DNA of 60,000 bases from the NCBI GenBank assembly GCA_030390025.1, contig CM059431.1, forward strand, positions 147,128,001-147,188,000, written 5' to 3'. The DNA comes from Squalus acanthias. Taxonomy: Eukaryota. Shown here piece after piece: positions 1 through 11,705 of the stretch. Position 1 is the first letter of the stretch. Each line of letters opens with the position of its first letter. The notes beneath the pieces are model-generated. The model did not search any database and was not told the DNA's origin. It saw only the letters and a program-made list of their open reading frames with translations. The translations under genes were made by a program, and so were the position numbers.

Positions 1-295
1 GGTCTCTCCACCTTCCTGAGTTAATGCTCACTCCGAGAATCTTTTAATATCAAAATGATTCATTAATTCTGGAATCTGTTACTCAAAATCAATGGGACTA
101 ATTTTGCGACTACCAATATATTTAATTTGAATATATTTACCATTCATGACATTTGGTTGAATTACTTACTTTAATATTAGATTATTGTTTTCTTTCCGTG
201 CCCCTGTTTATAGGGACTGATTACACTCACAATATCAGCTGCCAACTCCAGCTCCGCCCACAGTAACAAACCACTGATGGAGCATAACCAGAGGC

Positions 296-1970
296 GGAAA
301 AAGAGAAAATGCTGGAAATACTCAGCAAGTCAGGCAGTATCTGTGAAGAGAGTAACAGAGTTAACGTTTCAGGACGATGACACTTCGTCAGAACTGGAAA
401 AAGCTGGAGATTTACCAGATGTTAAGCAAGTGTAAGGGCTGGGAAAGGAGGGAGGGGAGGAAAGAACAAAAGGGAAGGTCTGTGATAAAATGGAAGGCAG
501 GAGAGATTAAGAGACTTAAAAGAGATTAACAGATGATGCAAGGCAAAAGGAGATGGTAATGGGACAAGTTAAGAAAAAAATGATGGCTCTAGATGAAGTG
601 TAAATGGCACTGGCAGAATGAAAGCAGGCTGCCATGTGGGAGAGAGAAAAAAAAATGGAAAAAAAATTGGGGTAGAGTTTATGGTCTGAAATTGTGGAAT
701 TTATATTGAGTCCGGAAGGCTTTAAAGTGCTTAATGGAAAGATGAGGTGCAGTTGCTCGAGCTTAATTTGAGCTTCATTGCAACAGTGTAAGAGGCCGAG
801 GACGAAGAGGTCAGAGTGGGAGAGGAGCGGAGAATTAAAGTGACAGACCACCGGAAGCTCGTGGTCAACCTTACGGAATGAACGGAGGTGTTCCGCAAAG
901 CGGTCACCCAATCTGTGTTTGTTCTCCCCAATGTATAGGAGACCGCATCGTGAGCAGTGAATACAGTATACTAGATTGCAAGAATTAAAAGTAAATCGCT
1001 GTTTCACCTGGAAGGAGTATTATGGGCCCCGGACAGTGGGAAGGCTGGAGGTAAAAGGGCATGTTTTGCATCTCCTGTGCTTACACGGGAAGGTGCCGGG
1101 CGAAGGGAAATGGGTGTTGGGGGTGATAGAGGAGTGGGCTAGGGTGCCGTGGAGGCAGCGGTCCTTTGGGACTACTGAAAGGGGAGGAAAGGGACAGATC
1201 TTTTTGGTGGTGGGATCATGCTGGAGCAGGCGGAAATGATGAAGGATGAGCCGTTGAATGTGCAGGCTGGTGGGGTGAAAGATGAGGAAAAGGGGAACCC
1301 TATCCTGGTTCCGGGAGGGAGGGGAATGGGTGAGAGCAGAAGTGCGGTAAATAGAACGGACTCGGTCAAGGGCCATGTCAACCACAGTAGAGGGGTATCC
1401 TCGTTAAGGAAAAATGAAGACATGTCGGAAGCACTGATATGGAAGGTGTCATCGTCAGAGCAGATGCGGCGGAGATAGGGAAACTGGGAGAATGGAATAG
1501 AGTCCTTACAAGAATAGGGGTGGGAGGAAGTGTAGTAGAGGTAGCTGTGAGAGTCAGTGGGTTTGAATGCGAATGTTTGTCAATCGCCTATCCCTTTGAG
1601 ATGGATTCAGAGAAGTCAAGCCAGGGAAGGGTAGAGTCTGAGATGGAGATGTGAAGGTGAGTGAAGGGTGGAAATTTTAAGCAAAGTGAATGCAATTTTC
1701 TAGTTCCGGTCGAGAGCAGGTAACAGCACCGATATAGTCATCAATGTAGCTGAAAAAGAGCTGAGCGAGGGGACATGATTAGGACTGGAACAAAGAATGT
1801 TCCACCTATCCCGCGAAAAGGCAGGCATAGCTGGAACCAATGCGGGTTCCCATAGCAACACCTTTAATTTGGAGAGAGTGAGTGGAGTCAAAGGAGAAGT
1901 TTTTCAATGTGAGAACATTTTCAGCCAGGCGGAGGAGGCTGGTGGTGGACGGGGACTGTTTGGGCCTCTG
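296..1970 (-). mobile_element. Penelope-like retroelement, 3' part (RT C-terminus + GIY-YIG endonuclease + terminal repeat), frameshifted
   Basis: ORF 516-1007 has NLVYCIHCSRCGLLYIGENKHRLGDRFAEHLRS (GIY-YIG). ORF 1020-1385 has DRVPLFLIFHPTS and FPCKHRRCKTCP (PLE Cys linker). ORF 1700-1891 starts in an RT-like segment. A typical terminal sequence lies at 296-400. Confidence 0.9.
356..397 (-). ncRNA. Minimal type I hammerhead ribozyme motif in the Penelope terminal repeat (stem II decayed)
   Basis: Minus strand reads CCAGTT-CTGACGA-AGTGTCATCGTCCT-GAAA-CGT-T-AACT: CUGANGA and GAAA cores, AGTT/AACT stem I, palindromic ACGT stem III. Confidence 0.65.
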
Positions 1971-1971
1971 A

Positions 1972-2700
1972 GAATAGTCCTAACTTTTCCAACCTCTACT
2001 CATAACTGAAGTTCCTCATCCCTGGTAACATCCTGGTAAACTTCTTCTGTTCACTCTATAAGGCCTTCACATCTTTCCTGAAGGGTGGCGCTCAGAATTG
2101 CCAACAATACTCCAGCTGAGGATTTACCAGTGAATTATAAAATTCTCGCATGATCGCTTTCCTTTTATATTCTATTCCATTATTTATAAACCCAATTAAA
2201 ACATGTAATTTTTAACCAACTTTTCAACTTGCCGTGCCACATTTAAGGATTTGTGTGTATGGACACCAAGGTTCCTCTGCTCATTTAAACTTTTCAATAT
2301 TGTGCCATTTATAGTACCATGTTATTCCATTTTAGTCCTCCCAAAGTGCCACACTTCAAACTTCTCCGCATTGAGCTCCATCTGTTCTTCTTCCCATTTC
2401 ACCATCCTTGCTCTGTCAGCCTGAAGCCTGTAAGTACCCTCATCACTATCTACTTCTTTTCCTAGATTCGTATCATCTGCTAAGTGTGTAATGTTGCTGC
2501 ATATGTTGTTTATAAAAAATGAAAAGTGTAATGTACACAAAATGACCCTGGGGAGCACCACGCAAACTACCTCCCTGTCTGAAAAATCATCCATCCACGA
2601 CCACCATTTGCTTCCTATCACTGAGCATATTTTGTAGCCATCCGCCACTTTCCACTTCATGCCATGGGTTTCCATCTTCTTAATAAGCCGCATATCCAAA
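1972..2700 (-). mobile_element. Degenerate CR1 LINE ORF2 fragment
   Basis: ORF 2322-2699 contains HLADDTNLG...ELNAEKFEVWHFG (CR1 FADDTKLG / FNxEKCEVMHFG). Confidence 0.8.
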
Positions 2701-2729
2701 CCAGATATCCAAGTTTGCCGATATAGATG

Positions 2730-3318
2730 TATATGTAGATGTAGATGGAAGCATGAAATTATAAAGAGATATTAATAGATTAACTGACTGGACAAAACTT
2801 TGGCAAATGATTTTTAACCTGGGCAAATATGAGATTATCGACTTTGGACCCAAATAAGATAGATCAGAGTGATAAACAGTGAGAGGCTAGAAACAGTGGA
2901 GGTCCAAAGAGGCTTAAGGTTCCATGTACATATATCATTAAATAGCATGCACAGGTACAGAAAATAATCAAAAAAGGTTAATGCAATGCTGATATTTATA
3001 TCTAGAAAACTACAGTATCAGGGGAAAAGTTATGCAACAGCAATACAAAGTGCTGGTTAGACTGTATTCAGTTCCGGGCACCACACATTAGGAAGGAAGT
3101 ATTAGCCTTAAAGAGTGAACCGTAGATAAAGAGAGATCAGAATACATTCTAAACGAAGTAAACCTGGAACCAGTGGATGTCCAAAGATACTTAAGGGTCC
3201 ATGTACATTTATCATTAAATTGTCATGGACATGTACAGAAAATAATCAAAAAGGCAAATTGAATGCTGGTCTTTATATCTATAGGATTACAATATAACGG
3301 GGAAAAATTATGCTATGC
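2730..3318 (+). mobile_element. CR1 fragments with an internal tandem duplication
   Basis: gaaacagtggaggtccaaaga...cagaaaataatcaaaaa occurs at ~2890 and again at ~3168. Confidence 0.75.
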
Positions 3319-3321
3319 CAG

Positions 3322-4140
3322 AACCATAACAGCTCAGAAGGAGGCTATTCGGTCCATCGAGTCCGTGCCGGTTCTTTGTAGAGCGATCCAGTCAGTCCCA
3401 TTTCCCGGCTGTATCCCCGTAGCTCTGCAAGTTTATTTCCTTCAAGTGCCTATCCATTCTCCCCTTGAAATCATTGAGTGTCTCTGCTTCCACCACATCC
3501 ATCGGCAGCGAATTCCAGGTCTTCACCACTCGCTGCGTACATTATTTTTCCTCAGGTCCCCCCCCTGTATCCCTTGGCCAAAACCTTAAATATGTGTTCC
3601 TAGCCCTTGTACCATCAACTAGTGAGAACAGACGTCCCCCGTCTAGCCTATCCAAACCCGTCATAACCTTTTACACTTCTATCAAATTACCCTTCAGCCT
3701 CCTTTGCTCCAATGAAAACAAAACTAGTTTCTCCAACCTGTCCTTGTAGCTAAGACCCCCCATCCCTGGACACATTCCAGTATATTTCATCTGCACCCTC
3801 TCAATGGCCTTCACATCCTTCCTAAAGTGTGGTGACCAGAACTGGACGCAATAATCCAGTTGTGGCCTCACCAGCATTTTATAAGGGTTCAGCATAACTT
3901 CTCTACTTTTGTGCTCAATACCTCTATTTATGAAGGCCAAGATCCCATATGCTTTTCTAACCACTCTCTCTATGTCCTGCCACCTTCAGGGACCTATGCA
4001 CATTAACTCGCAGGTCACTCTGTTCCTGCAAATTCTTTAGAACTGTCCAATTAAGTGTATATTGCCTGTCCCTGTTCCTTCTGCTAAAATGCATCACCTC
4101 ACACTTCTCTGTATTAAATTCCATAAGCCATTTGTCTGTT
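3322..4140 (-). mobile_element. CR1 LINE 3' fragment
   Basis: ORF 3671-3964 has KAYGILAFINRGIEHKSREVMLNPYKMLVRPQLDYCVQFWSP. The 3' UTR and tail are at ~3322-3400. Confidence 0.9.
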
Positions 4141-4226
4141 AGCATTCTGTGTCCTGTAGAAATGGAGCGGCTGGACAAGGGACGTGTCGTTTGGAAAGCA
4201 TCGCCTGAATTATTCAAAAATAGCCG

Positions 4227-4298
4227 AGGCATGGACGGGGATCGAACCCGCGCTCTTCCGTTTACAAGACTTACGCCTTGCCGCTTGGCCACCGCGCC
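4227..4298 (-). tRNA. tRNA-Thr (anticodon TGT on a Thr-CGT-type body), probable pseudogene
   Basis: Minus strand GGCGCGGTGGCCAAGCGGCAAGGCGTAAGTCTTGTAAACGGAAGAGCGCGGGTTCGATCCCCGTCCATGCCT has A and B boxes and a T5 terminator at 4220-4216. The anticodon stem TAAGT/ACGGA has two mismatches. Confidence 0.85.
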
Positions 4299-4309
4299 CA
4301 CTTACGTGG

Positions 4310-5255
4310 CACTCTACATTTATCATTAAATTGTCATGGACAGGTACAGAAAATAATCAAAAAGTCTAATTAAGAGGTGGTATTTATATCAATAGGATTA
4401 CAATATAAGGGGGAGAAATTATACAGCAGCTATACAGAGTACTGGTTAGACCACACCTGGAATACTGTGTTCACTTCTGGGCATCACACCTTAGGAAGGT
4501 AGCATTAGGATTAAAGAGTAAAGCGCAGATTTATCAGAATGATACATAGATTCCAAGGGTTCAATTACAATGGGAGATTACAAAAAGCTAGTGTTATCTT
4601 CACTGGAATTTAGAAGCTTAAGGGATGATATGATTGAAGTATTCACGATATTAAGGGGAACTGATAGGGTAGAGAGAAAGAAGCTATTTCCGATAATTGG
4701 CCACAGACTAAATATTAGATCCAAGCCTTTACAGGAGTGAATTTAGGAAACACTTCTACATGGAATGGATGGTAGAAATTTGTAACTCAATTCAACTAAC
4801 AGCAGCTAATGTTGGCTTAATTGTCAATTTTAAACCTGAGATTGATGGATTATTGTTAACCAAAGGTATTAAGGAATCTAGGGTTGTAATCACCGGAATT
4901 TAGAAGCTTAAGAAATGATATAATTGAAGTATTCACGATATTAAGGGGAACTGATAGGTTCGATAGAGATAAGTTATTTCCGATAATTGGCGAGTCTAGG
5001 ACTAGGGGACACAGCCGAAAGGTTAGGTCCAAACCTTTGTAGGAGTGAAATTAGGAAAGACTTCTCCATGGAATGGGTGGTAGAAATTTGTATCTCACTT
5101 CCACAAACAGCAGTTAATGTTGGGTCAATTGTTAAACTTTGACTGATGTTAACCACAGGTATTAAGGAATCTGGTGCAAAGGGAGTTGGGTCATAGATCT
5201 CATTGAATGGCAGAACAGAATCGAAGGCCTAAATGGTGCACTCCTGTTGCCATTA
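4310..5255 (+). mobile_element. CR1 LINE 3' fragment with an internal duplication (~4600-4880 / ~4890-5170)
   Basis: ttagaccacacctggaatactgtgt (VRPHLEYC) is present, ggaatttagaagcttaag occurs twice, and the 3' UTR ends ~5255. Confidence 0.85.
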
Positions 5256-5289
5256 TTAAATAAGCTAAGTTTTACGTTAGTGCATGAAT

Positions 5290-5362
5290 GTGGGGGATGA
5301 GGATTTGTACCCTGGACTCCCCGATTAAAGGTCTGATACTCTACCAATAGAGCTATCCGGAC
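5290..5362 (-). pseudogene. tRNA-Lys(TTT) pseudogene
   Basis: Minus strand GTCCGGATAGCTCTATTGGTAGAGTATCAGACCTTTAATCGGGGAGTCCAGGGTACAAATCC resembles vertebrate tRNA-Lys-TTT. The B box and 3' acceptor strand are damaged. Confidence 0.8.
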
Positions 5363-5419
5363 TCTTGGCGAACCAGCGTCACTAAAGGACCTTCACTGCT
5401 TGCCCTGCATCATTACAGT

Positions 5420-5880
5420 CTCAGATAGATCATTCAAATATCATGCACATGTAAAGAAAATAATCAAAAAGGCCAATAGCATACTGCCATTTATATCTAG
5501 AGGTCTAGAATACAAGGGGGTAGAAGTTGTCATGCAGCTATACGAAGCCCTGTTTAGACCACACCTGGAGTACTGTGAGCAGTTCTGGGTACCACACCTT
5601 AAGAAGGATATGATGGCCTTGCAGGGAGTGCAGCGTAGGTTTACCAAAATGATACCCAGATTCCAAGGATGAAATATTACACAAATTAGGAATGTATTGC
5701 CTAGAATTTAGAAGGTTGAGGAGAGATTTGATTGACGTTTTCAAGATATGAATAGGAACAGATAAGGTAGATAGAGAGAAGCTATTTCCGCAGGTTGGGG
5801 ATTCTAGGACTAGGGAGCATAATCTAAAAATTAGAGCCAGGCTTTTCAGGAGTGCAATTAGGAAACGCTTCTAAACACAA
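5420..5880 (+). mobile_element. CR1 LINE ORF2 fragment
   Basis: ORF 5400-5672 has KKANSILPFISRGLEYKG...RPHLEYCEQFW. Confidence 0.9.
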
Positions 5881-6574
5881 AACAGTCATTAACAATGGCA
5901 TTCAGGGTTTGATCCTTACAAGGCCACCACACCGACTGCAGTAGGCTTTGAACTAGCTGTCAACCTGTGGTGCCCAATACAGTTGTGGGCCCAATGGATG
6001 AGCTCATTACGGGGTGACTGCGGGACTACCCGTTTTCCCTGATTAATTTACAAGTTATCCTGTGCTGTAAAATTGTCCTTTCTGTTCAAGTCATCTTTGG
6101 GCCATGAACCCTAATCTTTAATGATTGCCTGGACTGAGTTAACCCAAGGGTCCTTAACCTGCACCCTTGAAAGGGCTAAAGGAAAATGTTTCACTTCAAA
6201 CTTTATTTACCTGGCCCTGGAAGGCTTACTTGGCGGATCCCAAAGTTTTGCGGCACTCTCAAACTCCTGGGCTAGCTGCTCTGCCTCACCATTGCCACTG
6301 GCCATGGGGGGGCGGGGGGGGTGGATTTTAACAGGGAATCGGATTTGACCTATGATCTTAATTTTATCTTCACTGAACTTATGTACATCACGTTCTGCAA
6401 CCACTCCTAGATACTGCACTATGGGCTGTACTAACCCAGCATTCTTTGAGTTTATTTTATCCCGCTATCCCATTATAGAACCAAGCATTCTCTGAGCAAA
6501 GTGCAATGCTCTTCAGTAGTTTCCGTATGGAGCAATATATCCTCTACCAACTCGACCAGGGCCTCCGGTCGGCA
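5881..6574 (-). mobile_element. Decayed, internally deleted LTR-retroelement / endogenous retrovirus pol remnant (RT - RNase H end - integrase Zn-binding domain)
   Basis: Manual translation gives RPEALVELVEDILLHTETTEEHCTLLRE (YVDD region), VQYLGVV (RT primer grip), GNGEAEQLAQE (RNase H GNxxADxLA) and VVPQSPRNELIHWAHNCIGH...WWP...VNDC (integrase H2C2), with stops and frameshifts. Confidence 0.75.
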
Positions 6575-6839
6575 TGACCTGTGTAACACCTTGCTCAGTA
6601 ACTGATGGACTAGAGCAGGTGAGCAGTGGAAACCCTGAGGTCAACAGTTCGAAGTATAAGTGTTGCTCACGGAATGTAAATGCAAATGTCTATTGGCATT
6701 CAGGGGTTAGGTGCATTGAACAAAAATCATTCGATATTTCAAAAACTAAACATACAGCTCGCCGAGGGACACATGAGGTTATCTGGTGAGGGCTGCCGAG
6801 GATGTGTACTTATTCACGTCTTGATAATCAATAGTAAGT

Positions 6840-7570
6840 AATTGGCATATGGACAAGAGAGGAGTTCATGAGTTTTTTAATTCAATAGCGAACTGTTCTG
6901 ATCTGGAATGCATTGTCCGAAAGGGTCATGGAAGCTGATTCAATAATAACAAAATAAAGACTTGCCTGTATACAGCACGGTTCACCACCTCAGCACGTCA
7001 CAAAGCGCTTTACAGCAAAATAAGTATTTTTGAGGTGTGGACAATGTTGTAATGTTGGAAGCGGGACAGCCAATTTGTGCACAGCAATATCTCAGAAGAG
7101 CAATGAGATAATGACCACATAATCTGTTTTAGTTTTGTTTGAGGGATGAATATTGTCCGGGACGCTATGGAGCCCTCCCCTGCTCCTCTTCGTAATAGTG
7201 CTGTGGGCTCTTTTATGTCTTGCTGAGAGCTTGGCTTAATGTCCCATCCGAAAGACGTTAGCTCCGACAATGCAGCACACACTCAGCACTGCACTGAAGT
7301 GTCAGCATAGATTTTGTGTTCAAGTCTCTGGAGCGGGACTTTAACCCACTGCCATCTGATTCATAGGCAAGAATGCTAACACAGAGCCACTGCTGTCACC
7401 CTTATAAAAATAGCAACTTTCAGAAGGGAACTGGATATTTAATTGAAAAGTAAAGGGTTGCTGGGCTGTGGGGAAAGAGCAGCGGAGTTGGACAAATTTC
7501 AGAGAGCAGCGTGAGACACTATAGGCCGCATGGCCTCCTTATGTGCTTTCTGATTCTATGATTCTAGATC
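6840..7570 (+). mobile_element. CR1 3' end split by a SINE
   Basis: atctggaatgcattgtccgaaagggt...ttcaataataac is followed, after the SINE, by caactttcagaagggaactggat...gattctatgattcta (tail). Confidence 0.65.
6957..7392 (-). mobile_element. tRNA-headed Deu-domain SINE (SacSINE1/AmnSINE1-like) with an L2-type tail
   Basis: Minus strand has head gtggctctgtgttagc...gggttaaagtccc, core acttcagtgcagtgctgag...gctgcattgtcggag...gtctttcggatg and tail aaagcgctttgtgacg. Confidence 0.75.
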
Positions 7571-7999
7571 GCTTATGTTGCCCGCCCATTAATGTAAATG
7601 GAATGAAAGCTGAGGAAACGCTTCAATAATTTTCTGATAATTCGCCCGCAGTTCGCGTGAGATTGCGGCCGTGGGGCTGGTCTGGGAGATCCCAGCGCTG
7701 GAGTAGACAAGCGGAATGTAGTTGAGGAAGAGCTAGTGGGGGTGGAATAAAAATGTATTAATCCATTTAAAAGATAATAGGAGGCACAGTGGGCTCCAAG
7801 TCATTATGTCGGGAGCAGTGTTAATGATTAAGAAAAAGCTTTTTAATTATCCAACGAATCTAGCAGGTAGATAGCAAGGAGTTGCAAAGGCCGTTTGGTA
7901 AATATTCGGAGTAGAACACAAGGGAATCATTGAAGGAGTGCTTGCAACAGTGGTTTCTAAATGTAGTTACATTGTTCAGACACATACAATGGGAATCTG

Positions 8000-9290
8000 A
8001 AATCCAGGAACCCAGACACCGCGAGATAGAGGAATGGGGACTGACAGGAGTGACGGTTTACTGACACTTTTGCAAGTTTCCAGAATTAGAGAAGATTCCT
8101 GAGGATCTGACAGCGGCTGAAATAATCGCAGTGTTTAAAGTAAAGCCAGGGGAGATCCAATGGGTGAGCACCTGGGAGAGGAGCAATGCAAAAGGGAATT
8201 ATTTTGTTTTGAGGGGCGATGTGTCATCTTTAACTAACCTGCTGGAGTTTCTGAAACACATCACTGGCCTGTAGGGTAGGGGAAATGCAGTTGGAATGAC
8301 CCAGTCTGATTTTAACGAAGCAACGGACAAGGTTCCACATCGACAAACGGTGAGGAATTATGAGATGGGTAGGAGATCTGGCACTGCACAGACAGCTCAT
8401 TACAAAATGAAAGTAGGTTATCGACAAATGGGAACCTGTAAGGGAAGGGTGACTATTGAACCTCTGGGATCTTCCTTGCTACCAGTTTATTTTTAATGTT
8501 TTGTTTAATCGAATCTCAACGGAGATGATGGTATCTTAGAAACAAACTAAATGATAATGAGGCCAACATAGGTAACTCTATAAAACCATAGATACTGGGT
8601 GGGAGTGGGTCATATCACCCATTCTATCTGTACCGGGTTCTTTTAAACAGCAATCAAAAACTATCCGCACTCTCTTCAACTTTCTCCACAGACATTTGAT
8701 TTCTCTGCTTCAAATATTCATCTAATTTTCCCTTAACTATTCCCTGAGGCAAAACATTCCATGCTCCAGCAACTCTTTGAATAAAGACGTTTCTGCTAAC
8801 CTCTCTGCTCATGTCCTTTGTGACCATTTTAAGTCGATCGCCCTTTATCGCTGATTAACCAACTAGATGGAATGATCCATACCTCTTCACTCTGCGGAAA
8901 CTATTCATACTTTTTCAAAGCTCTATTAAATATACTCTTAGCTTCTGCTGCTCCAGCGTAAGTTGACCCAATATCTTGTCGCTTATTATCAGTATATCTA
9001 TGATCCATGGCACCATCCTGGTGCATCTACACTGCCCGCTCTCAGTGGATTTAATGGCCTTTCCACAATGAGGGGCCGAAGCTGTACCCGGTGTTCTAAA
9101 GGTGGCCTCACGAGCATTTTGTAAAGATTCATCATCACTTGATTATTCTTGTGATCTATGTCCCTGTCCCTATAACACACATTTCTGTTGGGTTTCTCAT
9201 GGATTTATCCACCTGAAAACGCAGTTTCTATGAATTCAGTATTTGGATCCCTATCGCTCGCAGTCCATCCACACCCTTTAGCTCCTTCCC
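8000..9290. mobile_element. Old CR1 fragments (plus ~8000-8500, minus ~8600-9290)
   Basis: DFNEATDKVPH (ORF 8296) and VMMNLYKMLVRPPLEHRVQ (ORF 8998). Confidence 0.7.
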
Positions 9291-10295
9291 ACACCCTTCA
9301 GCTCCCGTTCCATGGCGTTTCTCGCTCAATCAGGCGAGATCACCGATGAACAATTTGTAATTGATTCAAATTTGTTGGTATTTTTCAATTACTTTTTGGA
9401 ACAACGTGGAACCGAATAATAAGACGTTAATGACCAGAGATTGTTCTGACCGTCTGCAAATATTCAGCCAAACACAGAATTCTGAATATCAGTTTGATTT
9501 TATCTAAATTTCTGGCAGTGTTTTATGTTAACGAAAATTTGCATCAATTGTAATAGTTAATAACTATATGCATGATCATTAATTTTTACATAACTTCAAC
9601 ATTTTTTTTGGGAGACTGATTGAGAATGAATATCAATAATATTACTAATGATACTTTTATCGACAGCACAAAACAAGAGCAGACTGATGTGCTTTGTGCT
9701 GAGTGAGATACACCAGACAGTGAATATTCGAGATTTTAAGTCATTTTCTGGGAAAACAGGAGAAAGGTCACATCGATGAGCCGAGTTCCGACAGCTTCCT
9801 CCATTCGAGCATTGATCACGTGACTATTTTTGTCAATGAGAAATGGAGTCCGATAGAGAGACCCGCGCCTGCGATATTCACACCAAACTTCCAGGCAAGT
9901 TACCAATATCGCAATCGCAAGACCTTTAATTGTTTCGCAACCAATTGAAATTGATGATTTTAAAGTGGCGCGCCTGATCGCAGTACCTGCAGTGTGAGGT
10001 GGAGTCCTCTGTTTCCCACATGTCCGACCACACTGCTGCACCTCATCATTGTTATCTTTGATCCCTGAACTTGAAATGTGCTAACTTTGTAGGAATAGGT
10101 TATGTTCACTCAACGAAAGAAGAAAACCAATGTAAAGCAGACATCAAATGCATGCTACAAAATGGAAGAAAGATTCACACAAGAACTCTCCCATTTTTCA
10201 CATTACCAGAAAGAAGGACACTCTACGGTGGAAAAGGAGCTGAAAATGAGCTTCAGTTACGAAGAAGCTTGCATTTGACTTGATTATTGTTCCTC

Positions 10296-11200
10296 TCATT
10301 TTCCAGCTGATCTCAGAATCAGTGTCCAGGGAGATTTCACCACATTCTTCAGCTCTTCTCTGAATTTCCGCTGGTTCGCTGCATAAATACACGTGTTTAG
10401 ACAGGAACTCAAATACTTCAACATTGCTCCGGTTTCAGTGGCGATATATCCAGGCTCTGTGCGGTCGCCTCGATAATAATTCGTGTTTGTCAGTCTGGTA
10501 ATTAGCAAACTCACGGCATTTGTCATCCACAACAGTACAAAACTACCTGATACAGTGAAGAGTAAAATGATGGATTTCCTTTGGTTCTCCGTCTCTGGAT
10601 CACACTGATTCTCCCTGCTGTGACCCCGGAATCCTTTTCTGGCTTTATTCGCCATTAAAGTACGTCTGACTGTCAAATAATTAAACAAGACAATCAAAGT
10701 AAAAGGAAGCCAAACAACCCAGGCACTGTGAAACCAGACGTAGGCTATACCTCGAGGTGAGGAAAAAAAAGCCACACTTGACCCGCAGCCCCACTGCATC
10801 TTGTTAATTATTTGCTGAGGTTCAACTGCAAACAGTACGGGGATATCCTTTAATACGATCAGGACTGAGAACGTTGTTATAACCGCGACCGCAGTTCTCT
10901 CGGTGCAATGCTTTGGTTTAAACTTCTGGCAGCAGATAACTACAAATCGGTCAAATGTGAAGGAGACGGTGAACCAAACAGACAAATCGAGATTCACAGT
11001 AGTCATATATAGAATGAACTTACACAGGAGAGTCTGGGATAGGAATGAAAATGGAAAGTGATGACTGAAAATATAATACACTACTACATTGAAGATCATG
11101 ATCAGTAGATCTGCTGTTGCCATGGCCACCATGTAGACAGAGATACACTTGGAAAGGCCGCAGTTTCCTCGGGAGAGAATCACAATTGTCATCAAGTTCG
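10296..11200 (-). CDS. GPR139/GPR142-like orphan class A GPCR, coding exon 2
   Basis: Open 905-nt exon with TM1-TM7 hydrophobic segments and motifs NLMTIVILSRG, MATADLL, FTFDRFVVIC, WLPF, RKSIILLF and SSCLNTCIY...KFREEL. Acceptor tttcttacAG at 11202-11201. Confidence 0.92.
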
Positions 11201-11635
11201 CTGTAAGAAAGAGAGAGGAGAGAATTAATGTTCCAGTGTCTGATTAAAATATATAAGGAGATTCCTGTGGAGAGCATTTTACTCCGTTTAGTGTGATTAT
11301 GAACACGGAGCAGTGTGAGAACAGGATTAGTATTGGAGCCATTACATGGGAAACCCTCCCACACATTCTAATGAGCTGCTGCAGCGCTCACTCTGCACGG
11401 AGTGACAAGACGGTCCGGAAATCCGCTAAAATCCTTGTGTTGGACCTTCAACGTGCATCGTAACATGAGTAAGGATTGAGGGGAACACGAAAAGTGTGGA
11501 CAGGCGATTCACTAGTTTGTCCGTATAACTACCGACTGTGCTGACATCAGGGAAACACGTTACCTTATCCAACAGGTTGTAAGAACAGGAAGAAAGTAAA
11601 CACCGATTAACAATGAACAGGTTAGAATGGCTCAC

Positions 11636-11705
11636 CGGGGGCACCGACGGCTGCGAGAATCGGGTAGTAAATCTCTTTGATCAGCAGAATAGTTGATCGC
11701 CCCAT
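11636..11705 (-). CDS. GPR139/GPR142-like GPCR, coding exon 1
   Basis: ATG at 11705 gives MGRSTILLIKEIYYPILAAVGAP plus G, then donor GTGAGC. The phase-1 join (G+CG=Ala) yields IYYPILAAVGAPANLMTIVIL in frame, 324 aa in total across a 435-nt intron. Confidence 0.9.

Noticed and set aside
9736..10283. ORFs 9736-10041 and 10071-10283 as small genes
   Set aside because: No recognisable domain. They lie in the GPCR 3' UTR or flank and have chance-level length.
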